Shown in pieces: positions 1 to 9,348 of a DNA stretch of 64,000 nt. The position numbers and the translations under genes were made by a program. Within the stretch, counting starts at the first letter, position 1. Each line of letters begins with the position of its first letter. The stretch is from Acidimicrobiia bacterium (lineage in GTDB: Bacteria; Actinomycetota; Acidimicrobiia; Spongiisociales; UBA5794), in assembly GCA_026985095.1 (NCBI GenBank), contig JALSQW010000019.1:6785-70784 (forward strand). The letters are read 5' to 3'. The notes below the pieces were generated by a model, which was not told where the DNA came from, did not search any database, and saw nothing but the letters and a program-made list of their open reading frames with translations.

Positions 1-2001
1 CGCCCAGTACTCGAGGATCTCGACGTTGCCCGTGTCGGGATCGACCTCCACGAGGGCCAGATGGCTCCCGAAGGGCCAGGTGGCGTTCCCGGGGCTGAAG
101 ACGGCCGTCGATTCGAGACCGCCTTCCATGCCGTCTGGGAGCGTGTGCGGCTGATAGGCCGACGTCGCGATCTCGGGCCAGGACACGGTCTTGTCCGGCG
201 AGCCGGCCACATGGGCTCCTCCGTCGGCGAACCGGATGTCCTCCGGGGCCGCCTCGAGGAGATGTGCCGCGATGGCCGCCGCCTTGTCCTTCACCCTGGC
301 GGATGCCTCGTAGGTGGCGGTGCCGTCGACCGCCAGCGAGCGGCTCCCGAAGGTGCCCACCCCGAAGGGAGACTCGGCGGTGTCCCCGTGGAGGACCTCG
401 ATCTGGTCGAGCTCGATGCCGAGCTGGTCGGAGACGATCTGTGCCCAGGTCGTCTCGTGACCCTGCCCGCTCGGGCCGGTGCCGATGATCACGGTGCAGG
501 AACCGTCCGGGTTGACCCGAACCACCCCCGAACCGTTGAACGCCGCGGGTTGCCCGTATTCGGACCACGAGAAACCGAGTCCGGCCAACGCCGAAGGCCC
601 GAAACCACAGACCTCGACGTAGGAGCTGAGCCCGATCCCCACGAGACGGCCTTCGGCCCTCGCCGCGTCACGACGAGCCTTCAGCCCCTCGTAGTCGACC
701 TTCTCGAGCAGTGCGTCGAGGTTCGCCGCGTAGTTCCCCGAGTCCATCGTCAGGCCGACGGCGGTCGTCGCCGGGAACTGGTCCGGCTGCCAGAAGTTCT
801 TCTTGCGCACCTCGGCGGGATCCATGCCGATCTCCCTGGCGTAGCGGTCGATGATCCGCTCCAGGTAGTAGGCGGCCTCCGGCCGCCCGGCGCCCCGGTA
901 GGCGTCGGTCGTCGGGGTGTTCGTCACCACGCAGGTGAGGGTGTACGCCGTCGGGATGTCGTACTGGCCGGGAGCGACGAACAGCCCGAGCAGCGGGATC
1001 GCCACGGTGAAGTTCTGGCTGTAGGCGCCCATGTCGCAGATGGCGTCCAGCTCGTATCCGAGGATCCGGCCGTCTCGGGTCCCGACGATGGTCGCCGTCC
1101 CGACCCATCCTCGTCCTTGGATCGACGAGGCCGGCGCCTCCCGTCGGGTCTCGGTCCAGCGCACCGGTCTGCCGAGCTCCTTGGAGGCGAAGCAACACAG
1201 GATCTCGTCGGGGTAGATGTTGAGCTTCAGCCCGAAGCCGCCCCCGACCTCGGGAGCGACGACCCGGACCTTGTTGGACGGCAGTCCGAAGATCTTGGCG
1301 ATCGCCCCGGCGAGCGCATGGGGGATCTGCGTCGAACTCCACAGCTCGAACGAGCCGTACCCGGCATGCCAGTTGGCCAGCACCGCCCGGGGTTCGATGG
1401 CCGTCGGGATGAGGCGCTGGTTCACCATCTCCAGCGACACCGTCACCGTGTCATCGCGGGCCTTCGCCTCCTCGATCGCCGGCTTGGCATCGGGAAGCTC
1501 GTCGGTGACCCCGGGCCACCAGTCCTGGCCGCTCCATGCGAGGAGAACGTTCGATACGCCCTCGTGGGCTTGGATCTCGTCGGCTGCGGCCGCTTTCAGA
1601 TCGACCACCGCAGGCAGCGGGTCGTAGTCGACGAAGATGGCGTCGACCGCGTCCTGGGCGATGTACCGATCGTCGGCGACCACCATCGCCACGGCCTCAC
1701 CGATGTGATGGACCGCGCCATCGGCCAACGGCGGACGCAGCGTCCCGACCGCGACCTGAGCGAGGACGGGACCGAGGTGCCGCACGTCGTCCGCGGTGTA
1801 CACGGCGTGGACGCCGTCCATGGCGATCGCCGCCGAGACGTCGATCGACGAGATGCGGGCATGGGCGAACGGACTTCTCACGAACGCCGCAGCCAGCTCC
1901 CCAGGGAGTTTGATGTCGTCGACGTACAGGCCTTCGCCACGGATCAAGGCCGGATCTTCCTTGCGGCGGACGACGCCGCCGAGAACGCTCGTCGTGCTCA
2001 T
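1..2001 (-). CDS. coxL: Xanthine dehydrogenase/aerobic CO dehydrogenase family large molybdopterin subunit (CoxL-like). Partial: C-terminus lies beyond the window edge.
   Basis: Hand translation from ATG at 2001 on the minus strand gives [72 protein letters not shown], a typical N-terminus of molybdopterin-binding CoxL/XdhA large subunits. The frame stays open to position 1. The start overlaps the coxS stop (ATGA). The track did not list it because no stop falls inside the window. Confidence 0.8.
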   Translation of the reverse strand, partial: MSTTSVLGGVVRRKEDPALIRGEGLYVDDIKLPGELAAAFVRSPFAHARISSIDVSAAIAMDGVHAVYTADDVRHLGPVLAQVAVGTLRPPLADGAVHHIGEAVAMVVADDRYIAQDAVDAIFVDYDPLPAVVDLKAAAADEIQAHEGVSNVLLAWSGQDWWPGVTDELPDAKPAIEEAKARDDTVTVSLEMVNQRLIPTAIEPRAVLANWHAGYGSFELWSSTQIPHALAGAIAKIFGLPSNKVRVVAPEVGGGFGLKLNIYPDEILCCFASKELGRPVRWTETRREAPASSIQGRGWVGTATIVGTRDGRILGYELDAICDMGAYSQNFTVAIPLLGLFVAPGQYDIPTAYTLTCVVTNTPTTDAYRGAGRPEAAYYLERIIDRYAREIGMDPAEVRKKNFWQPDQFPATTAVGLTMDSGNYAANLDALLEKVDYEGLKARRDAARAEGRLVGIGLSSYVEVCGFGPSALAGLGFSWSEYGQPAAFNGSGVVRVNPDGSCTVIIGTGPSGQGHETTWAQIVSDQLGIELDQIEVLHGDTAESPFGVGTFGSRSLAVDGTATYEASARVKDKAAAIAAHLLEAAPEDIRFADGGAHVAGSPDKTVSWPEIATSAYQPHTLPDGMEGGLESTAVFSPGNATWPFGSHLALVEVDPDTGNVEILEYWA

Positions 2002-2498
2002 GACGGCACCTCCCAGTCCGGGGCGGGGGGTTCCTCGCCACGCATCTTGGCCGCCGCGTACTCGACGGCCCGGACGATGTTGTGATAGCCGGTGCACCGG
2101 CACAGGTTGCCTTCGATGGCGTGCCGGATCTCGCCTTCACCGGGCGCGGGGTTCTGCTCGAGCAGGGCCACCGAGGACATGATCATGCCCGGGGTGCAGA
2201 AGCCGCATTGGAGACCGTGACGCTCCCAGAACCCCTCCTGGACCGGATGCAGCGTCCCGTCGACGGCGACCCCTTCGACCGTGCGGACGTCGGCCCCGTC
2301 GGCGGCGACGGCGAGGTACGTGCACGACTTGACCGACCGACCATCCACGATCACGGTGCAGGCGCCGCAGTAGCTGGTGTCGCACCCGACGTGGGTCCCG
2401 GTGAGTCCGAGCTCTTCCCGGAGGAAATGGACCAACAAGGTTCTCGGTTCCACGTCCCTGTCGTATCTGGTGCCGTTGACCGTCATGGAAACGTTCAA
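1998..2498 (-). CDS. coxS: (2Fe-2S)-binding small subunit of a CO dehydrogenase/xanthine dehydrogenase family enzyme (CoxS-like)
   Basis: 166 aa with plant-ferredoxin-type and second 2Fe-2S cysteine motifs (CGACTV, CGFCTPG, CRCTGY) and the [13 protein letters not shown] motif typical of CoxS/XdhC small subunits. Confidence 0.9.
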   Translation of the reverse strand: MNVSMTVNGTRYDRDVEPRTLLVHFLREELGLTGTHVGCDTSYCGACTVIVDGRSVKSCTYLAVAADGADVRTVEGVAVDGTLHPVQEGFWERHGLQCGFCTPGMIMSSVALLEQNPAPGEGEIRHAIEGNLCRCTGYHNIVRAVEYAAAKMRGEEPPAPDWEVPS

Positions 2499-2655
2499 GG
2501 ACCGCCTCCCTCCATGTGCTGGGCTCCGCGGGCGCGTGCACCCGCCTCTCTCGGGTCCAACCTACGCGCCTCACGGGTCGGGAGGGCGCGGAAAACGAGG
2601 GTTGCTTTTCGCGTTCTCGGCGGTCCCGGCCGCGGCCACGACGGCCCGGGGAGGG

Positions 2656-3219
2656 TCAGGAGCGGCCGAGGAGACGCCGCAACCACCCGACCACGGTGGC
2701 CCACAGGCTGGACAGGAACAGCGAGATGCCGCGGACTTCGGCCGCGGCCACGGCAGCCGCCTCGGCGGGCGTCTCGGCGGCCAGCTTCGCCTCGAGGCAG
2801 TGGACGAACTCGTCGATGAGCCGGCGGGACATCTCCTTGATCAGCCCCGTTCGCCCGAACTGGGCGGCGGCACCCGACAGCGCCACGTCGGCGACCACGT
2901 CGACGCGGGCGCCGCCGTCGACCGGGACGATGGTGTAGGTCATCTGCACCCTGCCCTGGCTCCCGCCGCGCCGATCGACGCCCTTGCCGCTGACGGTCCC
3001 GGTGCGCGACTCGTCGTCGGTCTCGACGATCGCCTCCCCCTCGAAGGTCGCCGACATCGGACCGAGCTTGGCGGTCACCTTCCCGCGATAGGCTCCCGTC
3101 TCGGTCGTCCCGAGGAGCTCCGCCCCCGGCAGGCATGCCGCCAACCCGGGGACGTCCTCGAACGCCTGCCACACCGCATCGACGTCCTGGCCGACGGTGA
3201 AGGACTCTTCGATCTTCAT
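2656..3219 (-). CDS. coxG: CoxG-like SRPBCC (carbon monoxide dehydrogenase subunit G) family protein
   Basis: The region MKIEESFTVGQDVDAVWQAFEDVPGLAACLPGAEL...GKVTAKLGPM...GEA matches the CoxG/SRPBCC family. I chose the internal ATG at 3219, which sits behind a GAGGAGGG Shine-Dalgarno, rather than the 5' extension in the track. Confidence 0.8.
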   Translation of the reverse strand: MKIEESFTVGQDVDAVWQAFEDVPGLAACLPGAELLGTTETGAYRGKVTAKLGPMSATFEGEAIVETDDESRTGTVSGKGVDRRGGSQGRVQMTYTIVPVDGGARVDVVADVALSGAAAQFGRTGLIKEMSRRLIDEFVHCLEAKLAAETPAEAAAVAAAEVRGISLFLSSLWATVVGWLRRLLGRS

Positions 3220-3232
3220 GCAACCGCCCTCC

Positions 3233-4021
3233 TCATTCGGTCCCCGCCTCCTCCCCGCGCTGGCGATGGATCCTCCCTTCCACGCCGCGCAGCGGCTCAC
3301 CGGTCCCGTGCCCGTACCTGACCTTGATCATCTCGGCGAGGATCGCGATGGCGGTCTCGGCAGGGGTCTCAGCTCCGATGTCGATCCCGATCGGTCCGTG
3401 GATCCGCTCGAGCTGTTCCTCGGACCATCCTCGACCGCGAAGCCGCTCCAGGCGGGCTCGGTGGGTCCGTCGCGATCCCATCGCGCCGATGTAGCGCACC
3501 GGGACGTCCCGGATCGCGGCGAAGACGGGTTCTTCGAAGCGGGCGTCGTGGCTCAGCAGGGCGACGTAGGTCCTCCGATCCGGCGGGAAGGCCTCGAGGA
3601 CGACGTCGGGCCAACCGACGATGAGGTGGTCCACCTCCGGGAACCGCTCGGCGGTGGCCCACGCCGCCCGGGCGTCTCCGACCACGACCCTGAACCCGGC
3701 CTCCTTGGCCATCCGTGACAGCGGTTGCGTGATGTGACCGGCACCGAACGCCAGCAGCACGGGGGGCGGAGCGACCGTCTCGATGAACACCCGGGTGTCG
3801 CCGTAGTCGAGGGCCCGGGACCGCTCGTGGTCCATGAGCTCGCCCGCATCGGCCAGAACGTCGTCGGCGATGTCCGCCGGCAGCTTCCCAGCGACGACCC
3901 CCGCGTCGGCATCCACGACCGCCTTGGTCCCGGTATCGGGACCGGCGATGACGGTGACCAGGGCGCCGAGGCGCTCATCGTCGGCGAGACGACGGACGGC
4001 ATCGAGGATCGGGTTCACCAT
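3233..4021 (-). CDS. XdhC/CoxI-family molybdoenzyme maturation accessory protein (both N and Rossmann C domains present)
   Basis: 262 aa. The N-terminal [20 protein letters not shown]...[13 protein letters not shown] and C-terminal [29 protein letters not shown]...[10 protein letters not shown] regions match the XdhC_CoxI and XdhC_C domains. Confidence 0.8.
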   Translation of the reverse strand: MVNPILDAVRRLADDERLGALVTVIAGPDTGTKAVVDADAGVVAGKLPADIADDVLADAGELMDHERSRALDYGDTRVFIETVAPPPVLLAFGAGHITQPLSRMAKEAGFRVVVGDARAAWATAERFPEVDHLIVGWPDVVLEAFPPDRRTYVALLSHDARFEEPVFAAIRDVPVRYIGAMGSRRTHRARLERLRGRGWSEEQLERIHGPIGIDIGAETPAETAIAILAEMIKVRYGHGTGEPLRGVEGRIHRQRGEEAGTE

Positions 4022-4323
4022 CGCTCGATGTAGATCTCGATGGTCCCACCGCAGGTGAGGCCGACCTCGAAGGCCTCGTCGTCGGCGATGCCGTAGGTGA
4101 CGAGCCGGGGCTCGTCGTCGGCGAGGACGGCCTCGGCGTGGAGGGCGACGTCGTTCTCGACGCAGCCGCCGCTCACCGATCCCTCCATCTCACCGGCGGA
4201 CGAGACGAGCAGCTTGGAGCCTTCGGGGCGGGGCGCGGATCCCTTGACCGACACGACGGTGGCCACCGCCACGTCCTTGCCCTCGCTCCGCCACCGGTCG
4301 TAGATCTCGAGCACGTCCCTCAT
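4015..4323 (-). CDS. XdhC/CoxI N-terminal-domain-only protein (small accessory protein)
   Basis: [60 protein letters not shown] matches the XdhC_CoxI N-domain. I used the internal ATG at 4323. Its stop overlaps the downstream XdhC start (ATGGTGA). Confidence 0.65.
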   Translation of the reverse strand: MRDVLEIYDRWRSEGKDVAVATVVSVKGSAPRPEGSKLLVSSAGEMEGSVSGGCVENDVALHAEAVLADDEPRLVTYGIADDEAFEVGLTCGGTIEIYIERW

Positions 4324-4390
4324 GTCCCAGACTCTAGTTCTCACCCGCCGCCGCCGCCCACGGTGGCACCACCGCCGAACCGTGGGCCGG

Positions 4391-4538
4391 CCACACCCCT
4401 CCAGGGGGTTCCCCAACCCAGGGTTCACCACACCCCTCCAGGGGGTTCCCCAACCCAGGGTTCACCACACCCCTCCAGGGGGTTCTCCAACCCAGGGTTC
4501 ACCACACCCCTTCAGGGGGGTCCCCAACCCAGGGTTCG
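4391..4538. repeat. Four tandem copies of a 37-bp unit (CCACACCCCTCCAGGGGGTTCCCCAACCCAGGGTTCA). Each unit contains two short palindromes (CCCCT-CC-AGGGG and AACCC-A-GGGTT).
   Basis: Direct reading: units at 4391-4427, 4428-4464, 4465-4501 (one C to T change) and 4502-4538 (degenerate). The array lies in the divergent intergenic region between the XdhC-N gene and the membrane protein gene at 4627. Confidence 0.85.
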
Positions 4539-4626
4539 CGGAGACGGTGCGGCGGTGGGGAACCGACTCGCCGTCGGCGGCGAGGCGGTTCATCATGCAG
4601 GAACCCGATCACACGAGGAGCCTGAC

Positions 4627-5355
4627 GTGAGCCGCGATCTCGTTCACTTCCTTCCGCTCGTCACCACGACGCTGTCCGTCCTGTTCGGCATCGTCCTGTT
4701 CCGCCACTGGCGGCGCAAGCCCCAGGCGACCTACCTGATGTGGTGGACCCTCGGGGTCGTCGTCTACGGGCTCGGCACCCTCAGCGAGAGCCTCACCTCG
4801 ATCAACGGCTGGAGCGAACCGGTCTTCCGGATGTGGTACATCACCGGTGCGCTGATGGGTGGCGTGTTCCTCGCCCAAGGAACCGTCTACCTCCTCCTCC
4901 GGCGCGCGACCGCCGACCGGTGGTCCAAGATCCTGGTCGCCTACCTCACCGTCGCCTCCGTGATGGTGCTGCTGACCCCGATCGACATGAGTGCGGTCGA
5001 GCCCTTCCGCCTCTCCGGCAAGGTCATGGAATGGCAGTGGGTACGGCTGTTCTCACCCTTCGTCAACACCTACGCCCTCTTCTGGCTCGTCGGTGGCGCC
5101 ATCTGGTCGGCCATCCGGTACTTCCGCCGCAGCACCGGAACGGCCCGACGGGTCTGGGGCAACGCGATCATCGCCGTCGGAGCGCTCCTCCCAGGCATCG
5201 GCGGGTCGTTCGCCAGGTTCGGTCGCGTCGAGGTGCTCTACGTCACCGAGCTGATCGGTCTCGCCCTGATCTGGGCCGGCTACCGCATGATCGTCACCGA
5301 CCGTACCCCCAGCATCCACGAAGCGCAGGTGTCAGCCGGCGAGATCACCGGCTGA
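4627..5355 (+). CDS. Hypothetical polytopic membrane protein (about 6 predicted TM helices)
   Basis: GTG start behind a GGAGG Shine-Dalgarno. The protein is rich in hydrophobic segments (LVTTTLSVLFGIVLF, MWWTLGVVVYGLGTL, WYITGALMGGVFLAQG and others). I recognised no family. The upstream 5' part of the track ORF is a shadow frame. Confidence 0.55.
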   Translation: MSRDLVHFLPLVTTTLSVLFGIVLFRHWRRKPQATYLMWWTLGVVVYGLGTLSESLTSINGWSEPVFRMWYITGALMGGVFLAQGTVYLLLRRATADRWSKILVAYLTVASVMVLLTPIDMSAVEPFRLSGKVMEWQWVRLFSPFVNTYALFWLVGGAIWSAIRYFRRSTGTARRVWGNAIIAVGALLPGIGGSFARFGRVEVLYVTELIGLALIWAGYRMIVTDRTPSIHEAQVSAGEITG

Positions 5356-5364
5356 CCTCGATCC

Positions 5365-6537
5365 TCAACGCCCGACCGCTCCTCGACGGGCCGGAACCGA
5401 CTCGAGGAGCCGGACGACCGTTCGCAGGTCCTGGACCGACGCCGCGGCCAGGAGATCGTCGACATGAGGAAGCACCGCCCGCATCCCCCGGGTCTCCGGT
5501 GCGTAGCCGGCGCGCCCCGCCAGCGGATTCAGCCAGATCACCCGATGCACGGACCGGGCGAACCGAGCCATCTCCGTGGCGAGCAGCTCCGGATCGCCGG
5601 TATCCCACCCGTCGGAGATCACCAGACCGATCGCGCCACCACGGGTGACCCGGCGCGACCATTCCCAGTTGAAGGTCCGCAGCGCCTCCCCGATCCTGGT
5701 CCCGCCCGACCAGTCCTCCACCGCCAACGACGCCTCCGAGATCGCCTCGGCCGGGCTCCTGCGCCGCATCTGCCTGGTGATCCGCGTCAGGCGCGTCGCG
5801 AACACGAAGGACTCCAGCCGACCCAGCCGTCCCTGAGCGGCATGGACGAAATGGAGGAACATCTCGGTGTAGCGCTCCATCGACCCGGAGATGTCGGCGA
5901 GGACCACCAACGGCCTCCGCCGGACCCGCGGGGCCCGGTACGACAGCTGCATCAGATCGCCCGACGGCCCGGCCAGGTTGCGAAGCGTCCGCCGAAGATC
6001 GGGACGGGATCCGTCCCGGGCGCCTCGCCACCGTCGGGATCGGGCATCGGCCGGGCGCCACACCATGCGAGCGATCAGGGCGCGGACCTCCTGCGCCTCC
6101 TCGTCGTCGAGGTCACCGAAATCCCGACCCGCGAGACGCTCCATGTACGAGCCTCCCACGATCTCCTCGATCATCGTCACGTCCCCGGCGACGTCCCCGA
6201 CGCCCTTGGACAGCACCGGCAGGGTCACGCGGACCGGATCTCCGTCGCCGGGAAGCGCCACCGTCTCGACGTCCCTCCGATCGACGACCGAACCTTCTCC
6301 GAAGAACCGATCGAAGACCTCGTCGAAGATCGGTCGTTCCGCCGGACGAACGACCGTCACCGCCCGGAACGCCGACCGCAGATCCTCACGATCGACCAGC
6401 CCGACGGCATCGACCGCGTCCGCCAAGGTGGCGGCCGTCCCCGGCCCGACCGCCATCCCTCGACCGCGCAGGGCTCGGACGAAACGCACCAGGTTCCGAC
6501 TCGCCACCGCGCCGTCGAGCGGACCGCCCTCGATCAC
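5365..6537 (-). CDS. coxE: VWA-domain protein of the CoxE family (CO dehydrogenase maturation)
   Basis: 390 aa. C-terminal von Willebrand A domain with a MIDAS-like motif (VVLADISGSM...VISDGWDTGD). The CoxE-like N-terminus pairs with the adjacent MoxR ATPase. Confidence 0.85.
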   Translation of the reverse strand: MIEGGPLDGAVASRNLVRFVRALRGRGMAVGPGTAATLADAVDAVGLVDREDLRSAFRAVTVVRPAERPIFDEVFDRFFGEGSVVDRRDVETVALPGDGDPVRVTLPVLSKGVGDVAGDVTMIEEIVGGSYMERLAGRDFGDLDDEEAQEVRALIARMVWRPADARSRRWRGARDGSRPDLRRTLRNLAGPSGDLMQLSYRAPRVRRRPLVVLADISGSMERYTEMFLHFVHAAQGRLGRLESFVFATRLTRITRQMRRRSPAEAISEASLAVEDWSGGTRIGEALRTFNWEWSRRVTRGGAIGLVISDGWDTGDPELLATEMARFARSVHRVIWLNPLAGRAGYAPETRGMRAVLPHVDDLLAAASVQDLRTVVRLLESVPARRGAVGR

Positions 6538-7445
6538 GACCAGAGCTCGTCGAGCCCCGCCGCGCGCACCCGTTCGACGTCCTCCTGGTACTTGAGCACG
6601 ACCCCGAGGGTCTCATCGACCACGTCGGCATCCAACTCGTGGACCCCCAAGATCCGCAGGGCGCCGGCCCAATCCAGCGTCTCGGCCACCCCAGGCGGCT
6701 TGAACAGGTCCATGTTCCGCAGGACCGTCATCGCCGACGAGAGCTGCCCAGCCAGCTCCTCATCGACCTCGGGAGCCTTCTGACGCAGGATCGCCATCTC
6801 CCGCTCGAAATCCGGGTAGTCGATCCAGTGGTAGATACATCGACGCTTCAGGGCGTCGTGGATCTCCCTCGTCCGGTTCGACGTGATCACCACGACCGGA
6901 GGGACCACCGCCTTGACGGTCTCCACCTCGGGGATCGTCACCTGGAAGTCCGATAGCAGCTCCAGGAGGTACGCCTCGAACTCCTCGTCCGCCCGGTCCA
7001 ACTCGTCGATCAGCAGCACCGGTCTGCGTCCCTGCGCCGCCAACTCGATGGCCTTGAGCAGCGGCCGGGCCACGAGGAACTCCCGCGACATGATGTCGGT
7101 GACCTCGGCGTGATCACCGCCGGATTCGAGCAGCCGGATCGCCAGCATCTGACGGGCGTAGTCCCATTCGTACAGCGCATGGGCCACATCGAGACCCTCG
7201 TAGCATTGGAGCCGGATCAGCTCCTCGTCGAGCATGGAGGCCAGCACCTTGGCGACCTCGGTCTTGCCGACCCCGGCTTCCCCCTCCAGGAACAGCGGCC
7301 GGCCCATCTGCAGAGCCAGGTGGATCGCCACCGCCAGGTTCCGGTCCGCGACGTACCGCTGCGCGACGAGCGCCTCCTGAACCGCGTCGACCGTCTCGGG
7401 GATCACGGACACGAGGGTATCAGCGTCCGCCGGTGCGCGACACAC
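6534..7445 (-). CDS. coxD: MoxR-like AAA+ ATPase (CoxD family)
   Basis: Walker A GEAGVGKTE and Walker B LLIDELDRA. This is a typical MoxR/CoxD family protein. The true start may be a few codons internal to the track start. Confidence 0.88.
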   Translation of the reverse strand: MCRAPADADTLVSVIPETVDAVQEALVAQRYVADRNLAVAIHLALQMGRPLFLEGEAGVGKTEVAKVLASMLDEELIRLQCYEGLDVAHALYEWDYARQMLAIRLLESGGDHAEVTDIMSREFLVARPLLKAIELAAQGRRPVLLIDELDRADEEFEAYLLELLSDFQVTIPEVETVKAVVPPVVVITSNRTREIHDALKRRCIYHWIDYPDFEREMAILRQKAPEVDEELAGQLSSAMTVLRNMDLFKPPGVAETLDWAGALRILGVHELDADVVDETLGVVLKYQEDVERVRAAGLDELWS

Positions 7446-7509
7446 ATCCGGGCACCGACGCGGGCGACCCGCCCGTGGACCATCGTCGGTCCGGTCCCCC
7501 CGGGGCGCC

Positions 7510-9216
7510 TCACACCGCGGCAGGCCGATAGGGCAGGTACGCCGGCATCCACATCGCCGCGTCGATCGCTCCCTCCAGGTCGTCCGGTTCGTCCGCCAAG
7601 CCCTCGGCGACCGCCTCCCGGGCCACGGCCACCGCCACCGCTCGAGAGACCGCTCGAACCGACGAGATGTCCGGATAGATCTGACCCTGGTCGATCAGGT
7701 CCGCAGAGACCGACGCCGCCAACACCTTGGCCGCGGCGAGGAACATCCGGTCACTCACCTTCCTGGCTCGGACCGTCAAGACGCCCAGACCCATGCCGGG
7801 GAAGATGAACACGTTGTTGGCCTGGCCGATCCGATGCGTCCGCCCGCCGTAGACCACCGGAGGAAACGGGCTCCCCGTCGCGACGATCGCTCGACCCTCC
7901 GACCATCTGAGGGCGTTCTCCGGGGTCACCTCCGTGTGGCTCGTCGGGTTCGACAAGGGCAGCACGATGGGCCGCTCGGTGTGCGCGGCCAGCTCCCTGA
8001 TCACGTCCTCGGTGAACAAACCGCTCTGGCCGCTCACCCCGACGAGAACCGTGGCCTTCGTGTTCCTCACCACGTCGAGGAGGTTCGGCGGGTCCTGCTC
8101 CACGGTCCACCCGTCGGTGACCTCGGCCGGGATCGCGAGCTCCTGCTTGATCGGACTGAGGTTCCCCCGCCCTTCGGTGACCAGTCCGCGACTGTCGAGC
8201 ACGAAGATGCGCCGTTCCGCCTCGGAGGAAGCGGTTCCCTCGTCCACCATGGCAGACAGGATCTGCTCGCGGATCCCGTGGCCCGCCGAACCCGCCCCCG
8301 CGATGACGATCGTCTGAGCACCCAGACGCTCCCCGATGTGCGCGGTGGCGGCGAGCAGGCCCGCGACCACCATCGCGGCGGTTCCCTGGATGTCGTCGTT
8401 GAACGACGGCAACACGTCGCGGTACGTGCGGAGGTTCGTGAAGCTCGTCCGGTTCGAGAAATCCTCCCACTGCAAGAGGGCGTCGGGGAACACCTCCTTG
8501 ACCGCCATCACGAACTCGGCGATGAGCGAATCGTACGCCTCCCCCCTCAGGCGCGGCTCGCGGAACCCCAGGTACAACGGATCGGCCAGCAGCTCCGCGT
8601 TGTTCGTCCCGACGTCCAACGAGATCGGGATGCAGCGGGTCGGGTGGATGCCCGCCGCCGCCGTGTACAGGGCGAGCTTGCCGATCGGGATCCCCATCCC
8701 ACCCGCCCCCTGGTCCCCGATCCCCAAGATGCGCTCGTTGTCGGTCACGACGATGACGGGCGTCTCCTCCACCGGGCGGGCGAGCAGCACCTCGGCGATG
8801 CGGCCGCGATCTCTCGGGGTGATGTAGATCCCGTGCGCGGTCCGGTAGATCCGGCTCCAGTACCGGCACGCCTTGGCGACGGTCGGCGTGTAGATGATCG
8901 GCACCGTCTCTTCGAGATGTTCGAGCACGAAGCGGTAGAAGAGGGTCTCGTTGCGATCCATGAGGCCATTCAGGTAGATGTTGCGCTCCAGATCCGTGCT
9001 CTTCTGGTCGATCTGGGAAGCCACGCGCATGAGCTGCTCCTCGATCGTCGCCACATGGTCGGGGAGGAGCCCACGCAAGCCGAACAGGTCCCGTTCCTCC
9101 CGAGTGAACGCGGCCCCCTTGTTCAAGAAGGGGTCGTGGAGCAGATCGTCTCCGCGGGTCGACACCGCGAGGTACGGCTCCCCGGTGACATGATCGACGA
9201 GCGAGCGGAAGTTCAT
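7510..9216 (-). CDS. NAD(P)-dependent malic enzyme
   Basis: 568 aa. The motifs FNDDIQGTAAMVVAGLLAA, IVIAGAGSAGHGI and NNVFIFPGMGLG are characteristic of malic enzymes. Confidence 0.9.
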   Translation of the reverse strand: MNFRSLVDHVTGEPYLAVSTRGDDLLHDPFLNKGAAFTREERDLFGLRGLLPDHVATIEEQLMRVASQIDQKSTDLERNIYLNGLMDRNETLFYRFVLEHLEETVPIIYTPTVAKACRYWSRIYRTAHGIYITPRDRGRIAEVLLARPVEETPVIVVTDNERILGIGDQGAGGMGIPIGKLALYTAAAGIHPTRCIPISLDVGTNNAELLADPLYLGFREPRLRGEAYDSLIAEFVMAVKEVFPDALLQWEDFSNRTSFTNLRTYRDVLPSFNDDIQGTAAMVVAGLLAATAHIGERLGAQTIVIAGAGSAGHGIREQILSAMVDEGTASSEAERRIFVLDSRGLVTEGRGNLSPIKQELAIPAEVTDGWTVEQDPPNLLDVVRNTKATVLVGVSGQSGLFTEDVIRELAAHTERPIVLPLSNPTSHTEVTPENALRWSEGRAIVATGSPFPPVVYGGRTHRIGQANNVFIFPGMGLGVLTVRARKVSDRMFLAAAKVLAASVSADLIDQGQIYPDISSVRAVSRAVAVAVAREAVAEGLADEPDDLEGAIDAAMWMPAYLPYRPAAV

Positions 9217-9348
9217 GACGATCTCCTGGTGACATGCGAGGTTGCAACGGTCAGGTTATCTCCCCGTCGGGTCGCGACCAGAGTCGAAGGGACATGTTCG
9301 TCCGTCGGATCGTGTCGTCGACCACACCGGAGCGGTACCTTGCGCTCC

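Noticed and set aside
61-2085. 674-aa plus-strand ORF and its nested neighbours covering the first 2 kb
   Set aside because: It is antisense to the CoxL-like large-subunit gene, whose minus-strand translation gives a textbook N-terminus. The plus-frame protein is Arg/Gly/Pro-rich low-complexity sequence typical of GC-driven shadow ORFs.
3233-4323. The two overlapping XdhC-family ORFs as a frameshifted pseudogene
   Set aside because: The downstream ORF already contains both XdhC N and C domains. The upstream one is a free-standing N-domain paralog with an ATGGTGA-type coupling typical of intact operons.
4391-4538. Tandem repeats as a CRISPR array
   Set aside because: The 37-bp units are directly adjacent with no spacers, and no cas genes are present.
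7446-7509. GC-rich hairpin (CGGGCG-ACC-CGCCCG) between malic enzyme and coxD as an intrinsic terminator
   Set aside because: No U-tract follows it, and both genes are co-directional. It could equally be an unstructured spacer, so it is not reported as a feature.
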